The notes under the pieces were generated by a model. It was not told the origin of the DNA. It did no database searches and saw nothing but the letters and a program-made list of their open reading frames with translations. A stretch of DNA of 64,000 bases from Balanoglossus misakiensis (lineage: Eukaryota > Animalia > Hemichordata): NCBI GenBank assembly GCA_040954595.2, contig CM082591.2, forward strand, positions 857,882-921,881, given 5' to 3'. A program made the translations under genes and the position numbers. Positions 51,735 to 64,000 of the stretch are shown in pieces. Position 1 is the first letter of the stretch. Each line of letters begins with the position of its first letter.

Positions 51735-54140
51735 TTACAATGGGGGCATTCCTGTGAAGAAATTATATTCTAGTTCAGAATTATTGAAAACAATGGCTTT
51801 TGTAACTTCGTTTTCAGTCAAACATGACTGAAAGGTTAGAAAGATTTGGTCGTGATGAGGGCGCTTCTAGGCGAATGACTGGTTTTTGATAATCTATGTC
51901 ATAAAATATGCCCTTCATTTTGAAATATATCAATCATCATGCATTGAATTTGTTGTTAGCAATGAAGATGGCCCGTTATATAAAACAAACGTTCATCTAA
52001 CACCTTTGGTTTCTTTTGTCAGACATATTTCCCAGGATGCACCGCTCTCTATGTCATGATATTAGGTTCACTTCCGGTGTCAAAATGGCAGACGACGTAA
52101 CAAGCTGGGTTGCTTTGCCAGAGGCCGAAGACTGTAGTACGCCAGTGAATCGCTCAAGGAACTTGGAAGGATGTCAGATGCTTGCAAGATTTGATAAACT
52201 AATGAGGGATGGACTACGAACGTTCGTCATATTCCGCGCCGTTCCAGCAAACATATAAACGGAATACTGTGCAGAAACGCTAGGCAACCGTGTGACACCT
52301 TGTGCCGTGTCAAGTCTCTCGTTGCTCATGACCTTTATGATGGGAGGTCAGGATATTGCCAAATTATACGGAGAACGTGGATGTGTGCCTGGACAGGAAT
52401 GAACAGCCATAGCACCTGTATTGACAAGGTAAGTCATGACTTTTTCTAGTAGATATTAAACCGTTGAACCCATAAGAGAACTACATGTATTCTTATAGTC
52501 GCGCATGGCCTGATACAAATGTATCCTGAATCCCTTAGGCTAAACTCACTCGCAGCGTATTTTTGGAGGAGACTTTATTGGCTGGAAAATTATTGTACTT
52601 ACGGCACCGGTTTTCGGATTCGTCTGACCCATCCTTGCATTCTCTGGATCCGTCACATAAATGTTCAGCATGAACAAGGTCACCATCGTCGCAATAGGCG
52701 AAGTCTATCGTTGGGAGAACGAAATAAGTAAATGTGGATAAACTTGTAAGCTCGCAAGCCAACGGCCTGATACTGTACCGATAACACTTAATACAGCACA
52801 TTTTACAGCAGAGGTGTCCATCGGATCATTGAGTTAGCAGAATAGAATGTCTAACAGAGACTGAGAAAACGCAGGGTACTAGTAGATTACAGACTACCGC
52901 TGTACTGCTGATCCTTGCAACTTACCGCAGAAATCAGCGAGTTCATCACTGTTATCGCCACAGTCATCCACTGTGTTACAGGTTAACCACATCCAAATAC
53001 ATTTGCCGTTGTCACATTTGAACTGACCGTCCTTTTGAGAGCATGCTGGGAAGTGAGAACAAATATGGCTGCATGAATCATGACAACTGCGAAAGGATCA
53101 CTAGGCAACCATACATATTGAGGACATAGAGCGCCCTCATTCATGATCGGGATTCCAGGGGTAATGAATACGTATTTTAAAGGGTGGGTGTCGTCCCATC
53201 TGCGGCTGCGGGTACGGGTCGTCCACATGACGCAGTTGCTAGCGAGTCAAATCAGGCAGAACATGTACCTGCAACAATGGACGTGTGCATCATTGAAAAA
53301 CATAAGGTTGTTGTTGCTTTGTTTTACATTGTACATCATTGCGAACACTGCAAAAGTTGCCAAGCAATTTATAAACAACTTACGGCAGTTTTTCTCGTCA
53401 GATCCGTCACCGCAATCGTCCATTAGGTTACATATCTTCCATTCGTAGACACAGTTTCCGTTGTCACACAAACGTTCATAGCTTTTGCTGCAACCTGCAA
53501 TCACACAGAAACGTTAACCGTGATTAGATCATTAACACTGCTACTGTTTCGGAATAAATTCATCTTCGCGAGACAAACAGCCAATTTTCGGTTGTACCTT
53601 GATACCACGATGGTACCATTAATCGTAATCTCTAGATATTTTTCTGCAGTGGTAAACATTGAGAGATTTTCCACACTGGGAATCATTAACCAATTTTTCG
53701 GCAAAACAGTGTTAGGATCGTATCATTCGGCTATGTTCGGCCGTAATCGCATGGAGTTGAATGTCACATACAGAACTAGTACTATTATCTCTAGGACATC
53801 TAAATCCATGGCCAGATCAGCCATTCTTGAAAATAACCTCACCCCCAAGGCCGTTTCACAAAGTGGACCCCCCCCCCCCGGGACTAGGATGAATTTGACG
53901 ACGCGAATCTTTCACGCCAAAAGCAACAGTTCTGTTCCAAACACTCAATCGACAGTTTCCAGTGCAAGGTTGTGTTCTGGTCCGTGATTCGAGCAAAGAA
54001 AGATCACAAAATCGGAAACACCCACAGTTTCAGCTCTTATTTCTAGGTCTGTAGAAAATGATTAATACCTTACCTCCAATTTTATTTGCCGAACAAATGG
54101 TCGTCAGCAGGAAAAATGTCAGAAGCAGAAGACGGTCCAT
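51735..54140 (-). CDS. Small secreted protein with three LDL-receptor class A repeats (~138 aa)
   Basis: Signal peptide exon 54140-54074 ([18 protein letters not shown]). Phase-1 LDLa exons 53494-53384 ([20 protein letters not shown]), 53045-52926 ([22 protein letters not shown]) and 52704-52603 ([14 protein letters not shown]). Putative last exon 51751-51735 (RMPPL*). Minus-strand AATAAA near 51495. Confidence 0.8.
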
Positions 54141-54970
54141 TATAGTGATGTTTTTTTCTGAAATACGCAACGACCGAGAAGAGACGAGAAGTTGTTCACT
54201 CTGCTGTGTACTGAATGTTTATACTGACCAGATCGTGATTTCATATCTATTTATGAATAATCTGAGATTTGCTTTGTTGACCCCTAACCTTTATTTGTCA
54301 TTTGTTTCTTTTGTTATGCAAATGACCAAATTAACGCCCTCAAGTAAGGACCAAACTGTCAATGGTGCGGGCACGTTTTTTTGCACTCTATTGAGATAAG
54401 TCCACTCATAGTGGTTTTGTATGGGGGGCAACTTTGTGCGGGCAAAGAGCAATAGGCGCTACCCCTATCGCCAAGAAATAAATGTTGACAAAGTCATCGC
54501 GTAAAACTAAGTAAAGTGAAATTTAACACCACGTACCATCACCGTTTCACTCACAAAATTAATCGGAAAATGCGTAACTACATACATATGGTGTTATTAA
54601 ATTCATCCAATTTGTTCAGTTACTCAAACTTGTCGAGAGTATCTCATGTCAACCTGTTGGCATCGGAGAAATCATTACCACCTTTTTTAAAAAGTAAATT
54701 ACATGTAGTAATGCATTTGCGGTAAGCCCTGTCAGTGCTTCTGGTTTTCATCATTCTGTCCAAGGGCATGGCTACTTCATTAAAGGTTGCCAAGCAACGC
54801 GTCATGTGATACACGCAGCGAGTATCTCCCCAAAGTCGCTGGCTGGAACGCGGAACTGCCAATCAGAGACGCCCGGCGGACGTGCGCAGAAGAACTTAAC
54901 CCAGTGCCATAAATCGCATGAGATTGTTTCTCTCTCAATTCTTGACTGTCGAAGATGCCACTGCGACGCG

Positions 54971-57882
54971 ATGCTGTGCACTAGAGCTACCTACAGTCCC
55001 TACCGTCGGGAACTCGCCCAGAGTCACTTCGAGGAGTTTGAAAGAGGCGTCTCCTGGATCGACGAGTTGCAATTCCATGTGGTTCTTCTCGGTCCGAAGA
55101 ACGTCGGCAAAACGTGTAAGTATACACAGTAATCATCTGACACACTTTCACATTAACAGCACTGCCTTACACAGTAGTGGAAAAAAGTACAGACAAATTA
55201 TTCACTCATGGATGCTGTACAAATCTTTCACTTTGTTATGACGTCCAGGACGGTAGCCATAGCGACTTGGGTAAAATATTTATCATTTGTACCGACGGCG
55301 AGAGTGTTTCTGGCACAGGAAATCTTAATTTACGCCAAATACATGTACATGTATATATCAATTGCTAGTTGATATGTATCATAGTCAGAGAGAATAACAC
55401 ACAGCTGTTTTTATTCTTTGATAATTTCCGAGGTTTATCATGTTTGAAATCCCTTGAGTCCGTTCTGTTCACAAAGAACAGATATACATGTTTATATGAA
55501 CACAAATCATGTTTATTCCAGTTTATAAGTCTACTGGGCTGTTGTCACGTGAGCAACTAGTGTTCCTGCTTTGCTTCACCACAGTTTGTTTTGGTCTATA
55601 ACCTTCTCCCCCAAACTCACGGGGGTTCCTTTTGCGCTTATAGATTGCACGATTTCAAAGGTTATCTGAGGAACCGCGTACACAATCCTCGCTCTAACGT
55701 GCATTAAGATCAAAATAGGGACACTCTCACTCAAAGTGGGTGGGCTAGAATACGCTTCACTGTATTGATAACGAGAAATACCACGGTCAAGTGAATCTTC
55801 TGTTTCGAAACTTCTTTACAAAAGTTCAATTTTCCGTGAGTTGACCTTCACGCGTCCATAATTAGCCCAAATCATTAAACGTAAGCTGCCGGACAATTGG
55901 ACCAGAAGTAATGAAATTATTCTGTCCAAATTGTATTCAATAATGGGATAATTGACTTTCCCCGTCAGTACACACGGTTTACAGTACACAGTACTCGATG
56001 TACAATTTGTGAAATTAATTGAAGGTTTCTCAGTACTAATTGTTTTGTCTTCATTTCTTTGATTTTCTAAACTTTTTCATTTTCAGCTCTGACTGCAGCC
56101 TTCACTAAGGGTCAATACCATCACTTGGATCTTGATCCTCATGGTAAGCGAACAATTCACTACTTTCCAACAAAATTTGCAAAATTCACATAATTGAACG
56201 TTAACGTTGCCACCCTTTGGGGGTAGGCAGTCACATGACCTCCATGACTGAGATCTATGAAAACTATTCACAACATTTCGAAAAGCATGACGTCGCATCA
56301 AGAGGTTACGACATTTTGTAGCCAACGGTAATTGTTTACCGAGAGATCAAATGGCAAGGTTGCCATATGTGATCTGACATTCTCTAATCATTCTTGTTAT
56401 GTGGAGAAAATGGGTCAGTTGCAGATAGTTTATCACAAGTTTCGTTGTTTTATTTCTTTTTCACAGAATTTATATATGAAACACAAGAATTAGTGGATAA
56501 TGAAATAGCACCGCTGCAAATCATGGACACAAGAACTGGGGTAAGTTTGATTATAGACAGTAGAGGGGGAGATGGACGCGTCTCTGCGGCAAATCATTTG
56601 TACTGTCTATGGTTTGATACTACCGCACATGCGCGAATGATTAGTCCTCGTGTGAAGCCAAGCTGACTTTTCTTCTCAAAGAAGTGTCAATGACCATTCG
56701 ATCTTTCTCTCTGCACCTAATCATGGCGTGCAGGCTCTATTGGTATGCCTGGCACGTACTTTCAATTATTATATCTGTAAACATGGCCATGAGAAAGGTT
56801 ATTGCAGAACAGAAATCGCTAGTTTGACAGGGGTGTAATCTTGATATGTTCCTTTAATTCGACGAGATTCACAAATTCCTCACTGATAGATAAAATATGC
56901 TCTACGCTATAGTGGCATGTTGGAATAAAATAGGCGTTCTTTTCATCAACAGGAAGAAAGCAGATTGTGTCTAGAGGACATGGCAACAACGCTTCAAGTC
57001 GGAGAAGGTTTCATCATCGTTTACTCCATTGCAGACAGGGAAAGCTTTGAAGACGCCAAGCGATTCCAAAGTCTGTTGCACCAAGTGAGGAAAACCAAGG
57101 ACGTTCCAATTGTTTTAGTCGGTAAGAGAGAAATGCTAGACTCTGTCTTACCGCACTGTACATTGTATTTTGTTTTACGACCGCTCCATGTTCTGCAGAT
57201 CTGTACTTCGAGAAGCAAATTGTCCTAATAATATATTCGGATGGAGGGCTATTGGCGAACTTGCAACTGATGGCCTTCTACCCTCCCTCCCTCTCCCTCT
57301 TTCGCCCACACTCACACGTTATTAGCTTCCCCCCTCCCAACATCTCTCCCTCCACATTTCTTGTCAATTGTCCTTTTTTCTCACATGTTTCTAACAATCT
57401 TTCCACAGGAAACAAGAAAGACTTAAAAGACCAGAGAGAGGTAACCGTCAAAGAAGGTCGTGATCTGGCCTTTCAAATAGGCTGCTCCTTTTATGAGGTT
57501 TCTGCACATTTGGGACTGGAGAGTGTGAAGAAGATCTTTCATGACATAGTTCGCCAAATAAGGTATCCCTATCTCTTTGTAGTTTCCCAATTTGTTGATT
57601 ATCTAGTTTTAATTCCTCCTTTCCGCGTCTCATCATAAACACGACTGCGGGTATAGGTCGCACAGTTGCTAGCAAATCAAAGTAGGCGTGTACTACTGTA
57701 GACTAACCTCCCCTAACTCCCGTAACTCACTTTTTGTCCACAGGTCAGTTAAGAATTACAAAGCCACACTTGAAAAGAAAAGAAGACAACGAAAGAATAC
57801 TACGAAGAGATTCATCTATCGTTATCTTCTCTGCCAAGGACTGGGATCCAATCACCGTGATCCCTTCAAGAATGACTGGTGA
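54971..57882 (+). CDS. Atypical Ras-family small GTPase (RERG/RASL/Rit-like), no CaaX
   Basis: G1 VVLLGPKNVGKTS, G3-like IMDTRTG, EGFIIVYSIADRESF, G4 VLVGNKKDL and G5 YEVSA. Exons 54971-55115, 56087-56143, 56467-56540, 56953-57121, 57409-57562, 57744-57882. Confidence 0.85.
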
Positions 57883-58595
57883 CGTATAGAACGAAAGAGG
57901 TTAAATTAAAGGAAAGAAACCTGCCTCTGCTACGGGGACATAATTCCCTCTGTGCATTCCAATGGTTCGCGGGCTCTCTCGTGTACGCGTGCGCGGAATT
58001 TCCAGCGTAACCTGGTAACTGTGGTAGAATCCCCTGGCGTTTATTCACTGCCTGTTTGCAATGCTGACCTAGTTCTTCCACTATTAAAGTTAAAATAGAT
58101 CATTACCCTTTACCCTGCCGAACGCGCACATAAACACAGCAGTTTGGTGTACATGTACATGTATTTATTTGTGTGTGCCCACGCTCTTTATTAGTGGTTA
58201 TTGATCTCATGGTAATTCACTTGACAAGGGCCATTCACAAAGCTTACATAATATATCCCAGCTTGTCATAACCAGATTCACCAAGGAGGGTCAAAGACAA
58301 TTGTGGCGAACGAGGACCGTGTAACTCTGGCGATATCGGAAGTAGAAATGTGTTGCTGTTGTTGTTGTTCCGTGTAATGACCAACGTCGAAAAGGAGACA
58401 ACGGGTCAAATTTGAGACCTGCTCAGATCCGAGAGCTGAGACCAGAGGTTGAGGCCTTGACCTGAGACGCAGGTGGCGCTGTACAAACACGGTGGACAAA
58501 TTAGGACAGGGCAACCCCCGGCCTCTGATCATCGAAGCCAAAACTCAGGTCAGTGTTTTGCGACGGCTGGTCGAGACGACTGCGTCAAAGCAAAA

Positions 58596-59534
58596 ATGGG
58601 GACACGTAGAGAGCGTTTGAAGCAATTGATCTACTGGCTGGACAACCAATACAAACTAGAGGAAAGGAAATTGCACGCCCATGTTGCAGAGGTCGTTCAG
58701 AAAATACAAGAGAGTGCGAGGCAGCTGTCAACGCAGTTGAAAACTGAATATAAATCCAGAAAGATAGCTCTGCAAAGAGAGGTTGAAGATTTGGAGGAAG
58801 AGTGGATACGGACAGCAACGGAAAGCGTAAGAAAGACAGGAAGCCACGAAACGAAATCGGAGGAAGAAGGGGAAGTTGGGTATGTTGAATTTCAACCTTC
58901 ATCCGCATTTGCAGAATTTGGACCTGAACATATTGGTTCGCTTGTGAGTCTCACTTGCAAAGACCCAGTCAAATGCAGTCCCGATACAGCATTGTCATCG
59001 GTCAAAGGTCAGAAGCAACAACACCTGGATGCAGAGACTTCTAGACAAATCAACTTCACGGAACCGGTACAATTTCATAGTTGCCATGGAAGCAACCTGG
59101 AACTGTCTAAAGATATGACGTCTGCACAGCGGAGGAGGGGATACAACAATGCAGTGGCGTTCACTCACAGACAAATCCACTGCGGTGAGAAAGTATCTCT
59201 GCTGTTCACAAAGAAAGCAACCTGGTGGTCGGCCAATATGGCCGTCGGATTCACCAATCAAAACCCAGATAACATGACGCCACCCGCGCTCCCATCTTCC
59301 GTGATTCCTTGTCCAAAAGATTTGCATCATGGGTACTGGGTGGCACAGATTCCACACGAATACCGCGAGATTGATAACATACTGAGTTTCTGGGTGAACG
59401 CAGAGGGCGCAGTTATGTATTCGCTCAAGGATTTCAAGAAAGGTGCTATTGTTGAAGGTGTGGACACCAGCTTGCCGTTGTGGGCAGTCATAGATTTACG
59501 CGATGACGTCATATCCGGTATTCGATTGGTGTGA
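58596..59534 (+). CDS. Intronless coiled-coil + Neuralized homology (NHR) domain protein, possibly 5'-truncated
   Basis: A heptad-rich helix (RERLKQLI..LQREVEDLEEE) is followed by NHR motifs FHSCHGSNLEL, NAVAFTHRQI, VGFTNQNP, GYWV, LSFWVNAEG and GVDTSLPLWAVIDL. First ATG of the ORF is at 58596. Confidence 0.75.
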   Translation: MGTRRERLKQLIYWLDNQYKLEERKLHAHVAEVVQKIQESARQLSTQLKTEYKSRKIALQREVEDLEEEWIRTATESVRKTGSHETKSEEEGEVGYVEFQPSSAFAEFGPEHIGSLVSLTCKDPVKCSPDTALSSVKGQKQQHLDAETSRQINFTEPVQFHSCHGSNLELSKDMTSAQRRRGYNNAVAFTHRQIHCGEKVSLLFTKKATWWSANMAVGFTNQNPDNMTPPALPSSVIPCPKDLHHGYWVAQIPHEYREIDNILSFWVNAEGAVMYSLKDFKKGAIVEGVDTSLPLWAVIDLRDDVISGIRLV

Positions 59535-59762
59535 TTCAAAGGCGCACGCGCATAACCTTGAAGCAAAAAGATTAGAGTAATTTATTTTTTTCAATAGAAA
59601 ACAAATGCTTCGCACCACATAAACATCCAGAGTCATCAAGAACTTCTACAAGAAACCAGTGATTGAAAATTGCGTCAAGCCGAGATGAACATGCAGAAAA
59701 ATATACCCAGCCAAATCACCAACTTAGGGGCATTTCTTCGACAAACATTGTCACATATATTT

Positions 59763-62700
59763 TTAAGAGAAAACGAGGTCAAACACCAGTCTGTAGTCAT
59801 TTGTGACAATCATTAAATAGGGCAGTTCGTCGATAAATTCACTTTTCTTCCCAGCTTCTTTTCTTTGTTGGACGATGGATTGTGACCACGTGGATTTCGG
59901 CCATCCAAGGAATTTGTCGGCACCTGCGAATGGAAGATTGGAAAGATCTTGTCATGTTTTGACTGTCATAGAGTGTCCCGTACAGGTTGAGATAACACGC
60001 TAGGGCTCCTCGTGTAGCGTTTGACATATTCTTGGCATCGATAATTACAAAGAAAACGGTTTGAACTGCACAGAAGGAATATTCAAGGCGAAAATGAAAA
60101 GCCATCTGGGGTCTAGACCGCAATGAATGCTTGAGTGGTAACAATGTATCACCCTAAACAAAACAAGCGAATTACTTCCCTGTTGGCAACACATTTCTTT
60201 GTTAGACTTGCAACAATTTATACAATAATTATCTCTTATCAACTGAGACTGGCAACAATGTATACAATAACAATCAATGGTCAGTACTTTCCTTATGTGC
60301 AGCTCAATCCGTTTTCATTGTATGTTGTGCTTTTTTGTATCGTCCGGCAAAAAGCATGGCTGTCAAATGTAATAGCACGATGGCTACTTACGGAGGCACA
60401 TTTCTTCTTCTATGAGTAATTGTATTCCTTTGTCTTCCTCCATATTTTCTGGGTAGCGCATGGCTAAATCTGCTTGTGTAAGGATATGTCTTCTAGCTTG
60501 TATCTTTTCGTTCATGAATCTGATGATTTCCTGTACAAAACAGTTGTGATGTCATGAAACATTTACGGATTATGGTTTATGAATACTGGTTAACGTAAAC
60601 ATTACAGAATAAAAAAAACATATGAGCAGAGATCAAAAACTTTGTGAAGTTTTCTCGTATTGTTGATGCTTGATTTTTTGTGAATAGTTGCTATGTTCGG
60701 GAAGACTGACCTCTGACCCGACGGGATAAGCAACGTACACACACTTGATCTTTGATTCCTTCATGATGTTGGCCACTGTGCTGGCGATCATTTCTGTGAC
60801 TTCAACAACTTTATCTTTGACAGATTCGCATGTTTCGCTGTTTTGAGGATTTTCTTGACACCTGTGAATCGAAAGAACAATTTGCTCATAATATCCAATT
60901 TAGTATTTTTGTATCTCATTTACATAAGCTACTTTTCGTTTGAATGTAAACATCATAAAAGTTTTATAAAATGTTCATATCTTAAAATAACTACCCACCA
61001 TTGAGCAGTCTTATTTCTCCAATGTATCGCCAAATACTTTTCATCGTCACAGAATTTGTTGACGGTGTTCATGACAATATCCAACATCTCCGTGATGACT
61101 GGCGCCCTCAATAGGTGGGCATCAATTTTCGTTGACATCTCTGAATCATTTTCGTTATTTATAAATCCATCTGGGTCATAAAAGGCCAAACACGTCACTT
61201 CCGGTTTCACTTTCCGCCAGCTCTCTTTTGAATTCTTTGGAAGGTCCTCTTGACTTGGAAGCCTAATGTCGAAAATGTCTTTATAAAGTTGACGAGTACT
61301 TTCATAATCATCTAGATTTTTGTTCGACCAATAAATGACCTGTATATCCAAGTTGGCACAGTGGCGTTTAAATTGCTGTAAAGTGGCAGTTGGCACAATT
61401 TCGTGGATGGAATCGGCATCAAAGATTTTATTCGCGGATGTCGTCAATTTTCTGCCGTCATCGTCCTCACTGATGAAAGGTACTTGCACCATCGTCCGAT
61501 TGTTTCTGATGGACAGCGCCATCGCGTCTTTGAATCCGCCATATTGGGAATGTTTGAATACAGTGTAGTTTGCCGGGAAGACTGGCAGAAGGTATGGCAA
61601 CGCCTCGTCTGGGATCTGTGTCGTCTTTTCGCGCAGACTCTTTGCCACTGTTTCAAATTCTTCCCAGGTGGTAACATTCTGAAAGGCTTTTGACGTCATT
61701 ATCTGTTTGATAAGTGACGGAGTCAGCGCTGCAGCGGCAACCTATAAGAATAAAAATAAGCAATTTCAAATATGGACACCCATTGTTAAATCTTACAGAC
61801 GCGGTCTCTGTAGGCTACACCGGAAGTGCTCTGAAATACAACTTTATAACATAAACGATTGTAAGATGTGTTTCTTTTTGTAGTTGTGACGGCGCAAGGA
61901 GTCAAAAGTCACAGGTTAATTCGAACAGTCGTTCATTTCCGGCAGGGCAAAGAATTCCGATTTCCACGTACCTGGGAGGGGGTATGTTGTGTGTGAGATG
62001 GCGTGACGGGATTGGTGTAATTTCTGGAGGTGAAGGGGCCAGACTTTTCATTTCCCTGTTGATGAAACGACTTGTGGATAGATAACGTTGAATTTACAAT
62101 CGGATATTTTTATTGATAATTTTCAGGCGTTGTTATTGTCAAACTAAACAAAATGGCCGACATATTTGTCTGCAACACAGACTTGTTTTTATCGCAATGC
62201 CACCAGCGGTGAAGAATTGCCTCATAATCCCTTTGAATGTTACTGCATGCTTGTGCAATGTTGGTATTCTCTGACCATTTCCACCAGACGTCAGCAAAAA
62301 CGTCATTTTTTAATCCCATGGTGACGCCACATTTGTCAGGGTAAATCAACGACACCATTTTATTCAGATAATATTAATTTGAAAAAATAATCATGACAAA
62401 CGCTCTGAAATCTCTGTTGGCAAAATATTATTGGCCACATATATATGTATGTAAACATAATCAGTAAATTCCTTATACAAACAAAGTCAACTAAATCTAA
62501 TGTTCACATACATTCCTGTTCATTCACATTTATTTTAGATAAATGGCACAATTCTGACTTCTATCGGTCGTCTAAATATAAGCTTTGCTCGTATACACCA
62601 GAAATTGCCTACATTGTATCATGTTTTACCTGAAACCGAAAATACAAAATCTACTTTGTGACGATGATGCCTCTAAAAGCAACTCACCTTCCGAACTCCA

Positions 62701-62810
62701 ACGCTCCTGCTAACAGGCCCCATCCACATAAGATACAAAAACCATATGACAATAACGACCACCAGACGTCGAAATAACAGCCGCGGATTCGACACGACTC
62801 GACTCCACAT
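59763..62810 (-). CDS. O-fucosyltransferase-fold (POFUT/GT-B-like) type II membrane glycosyltransferase
   Basis: N-terminal TM anchor (RRLVVVIVIWFLYLMW) and a Pro/Thr stem, then FKDAMALSIRNNRTMVQVPF, YLAIHWRNK, CVYVA and EEEMCLRADKFLGWPKSTWS. Exons 62810-62688, 62055-61972, 61741-60999, 60861-60711, 60530-~60392, 59923-59763 join in phase. Confidence 0.8.
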
Positions 62811-64000
62811 ATCTGCTGGCTAAAATGCATGAAAAGGGCGAATCTCTGGTTCCTATTTGCAGTCCATACGTGCGTCTAAATTTCTATGACCCATGTATTG
62901 AATTTTATAAGATAGAACTGCGTAGCACCTGTTGCACGATTTCATGTCACGTGATTCGCCATATGATGAAAATCATTGGCCCTTTCCCCTTTGAATCTCT
63001 ATGTGGCGTAGTAAATGTCTACAATAACAGAAAGGGATTTGGGCAATATCTCACTCTAAAATCACATCTTTAACTTTCACAGACGAGTGAGTTTTCGAAA
63101 GACACATTCTTTCATACATTACCATACCACATATTTAAGTACATGTATTTTTTATTTATAGACTTCAAAGTTTGGCCTGATAAATTTGTCATAAAATAAT
63201 CAAACGCCTGAGTTATATTTTTTTGTTCTTTAACAATTCAGTATCACTGTACATATGAGATACTGTATGTGTGTGAGGTTTGAGGCCCCGGATTCACATA
63301 TGACGAATCAGGAAGGAGTTGACAAATTGCCAGCTGTTACCGGGGCACTGGGGTATCCCTATGGCAACGGTGTCGAGTATTGTTTTATGGAAACAGCATC
63401 TGGTACACGATTTCTCTCCACTGTTTATTATTGTTACTCTCTGAAATGATACAACTCTCGTGTGAAAAGAGTATATGTTGTATCAGACTACAGTGTAGGC
63501 GCTGTGGCTTCAATATTCAAATAAGGAGACTACAAAGTACGCATGTGCGACCGGAAGTACTGTCTGGTTTCTTTTAACCATGCTAATAGATTTCTAAATA
63601 GTTTCTACTTCATACTAGAGAATAACATCACCTTTTTATTAAATGCTCTGTTCGTCCATCTGTATATACGTAAATTCTGAATAACAAAAGTTGTATAATG
63701 CTGAATATTTGCATACTGAAGTCTATAAGACTTTACATTTAATTTGTTCTTGAGAACAAAATAATAATCTGTGGTACCGGTAATTTCTCACACGATGAAA
63801 ATTCCTCCTCTCGATCGCGAAAACGTCTCTTCTCACTACTTCAAGCAAGACTTCATAAAATTGCTCACTGCCATTACCGGTGACGCACGTGTGACATTTG
63901 GCCATGACTTGGCCTGTTTTTTTATATTGAAAACCTTGAGTTAAACCTATCTATCTATCAAGAGTTGCAGAACTATTCTACGATGAAAAACTTTTATCTA

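Noticed and set aside
62056-62687. Apparent stop-containing 'exon 2' and the 82-aa ORF upstream of the fucosyltransferase body
   Set aside because: A clean phase-0 path exists (62688->62055->61741), so this interval is intron 1 and not evidence of pseudogenisation.

Overview
A 64-kb AT-rich eukaryotic (animal) window with short GT-AG introns. By composition and gene content it is probably from a marine invertebrate, possibly a deuterostome such as a hemichordate; this is an inference. In order, it contains: the 3' end of an unidentified + strand gene; RECQL (RecQ1 helicase, minus) with an intronless 83-aa zinc-ribbon-like ORF nested in its first intron; four paralogous alpha/beta-hydrolases (one minus, three plus); a long ankyrin-repeat protein ending in a CaaX box; a TMEM53/DUF829-like gene; SAMM50; an NRF-6/O-acyltransferase-like gene; two tandem GH9 endoglucanases, each with an unusual N-terminal Cys-rich/coiled-coil module and signs of gene conversion; a small secreted 3xLDLa protein; an atypical Ras-family GTPase; an intronless coiled-coil + NHR (Neuralized) ORF; and an O-fucosyltransferase-fold type II membrane protein. 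It also holds several microsatellites and a short TTAA-flanked MITE. No rRNA, tRNA or CRISPR array was seen. Exon boundaries were read by hand and may be off by a few bases; family calls come from remembered motifs, not database searches.
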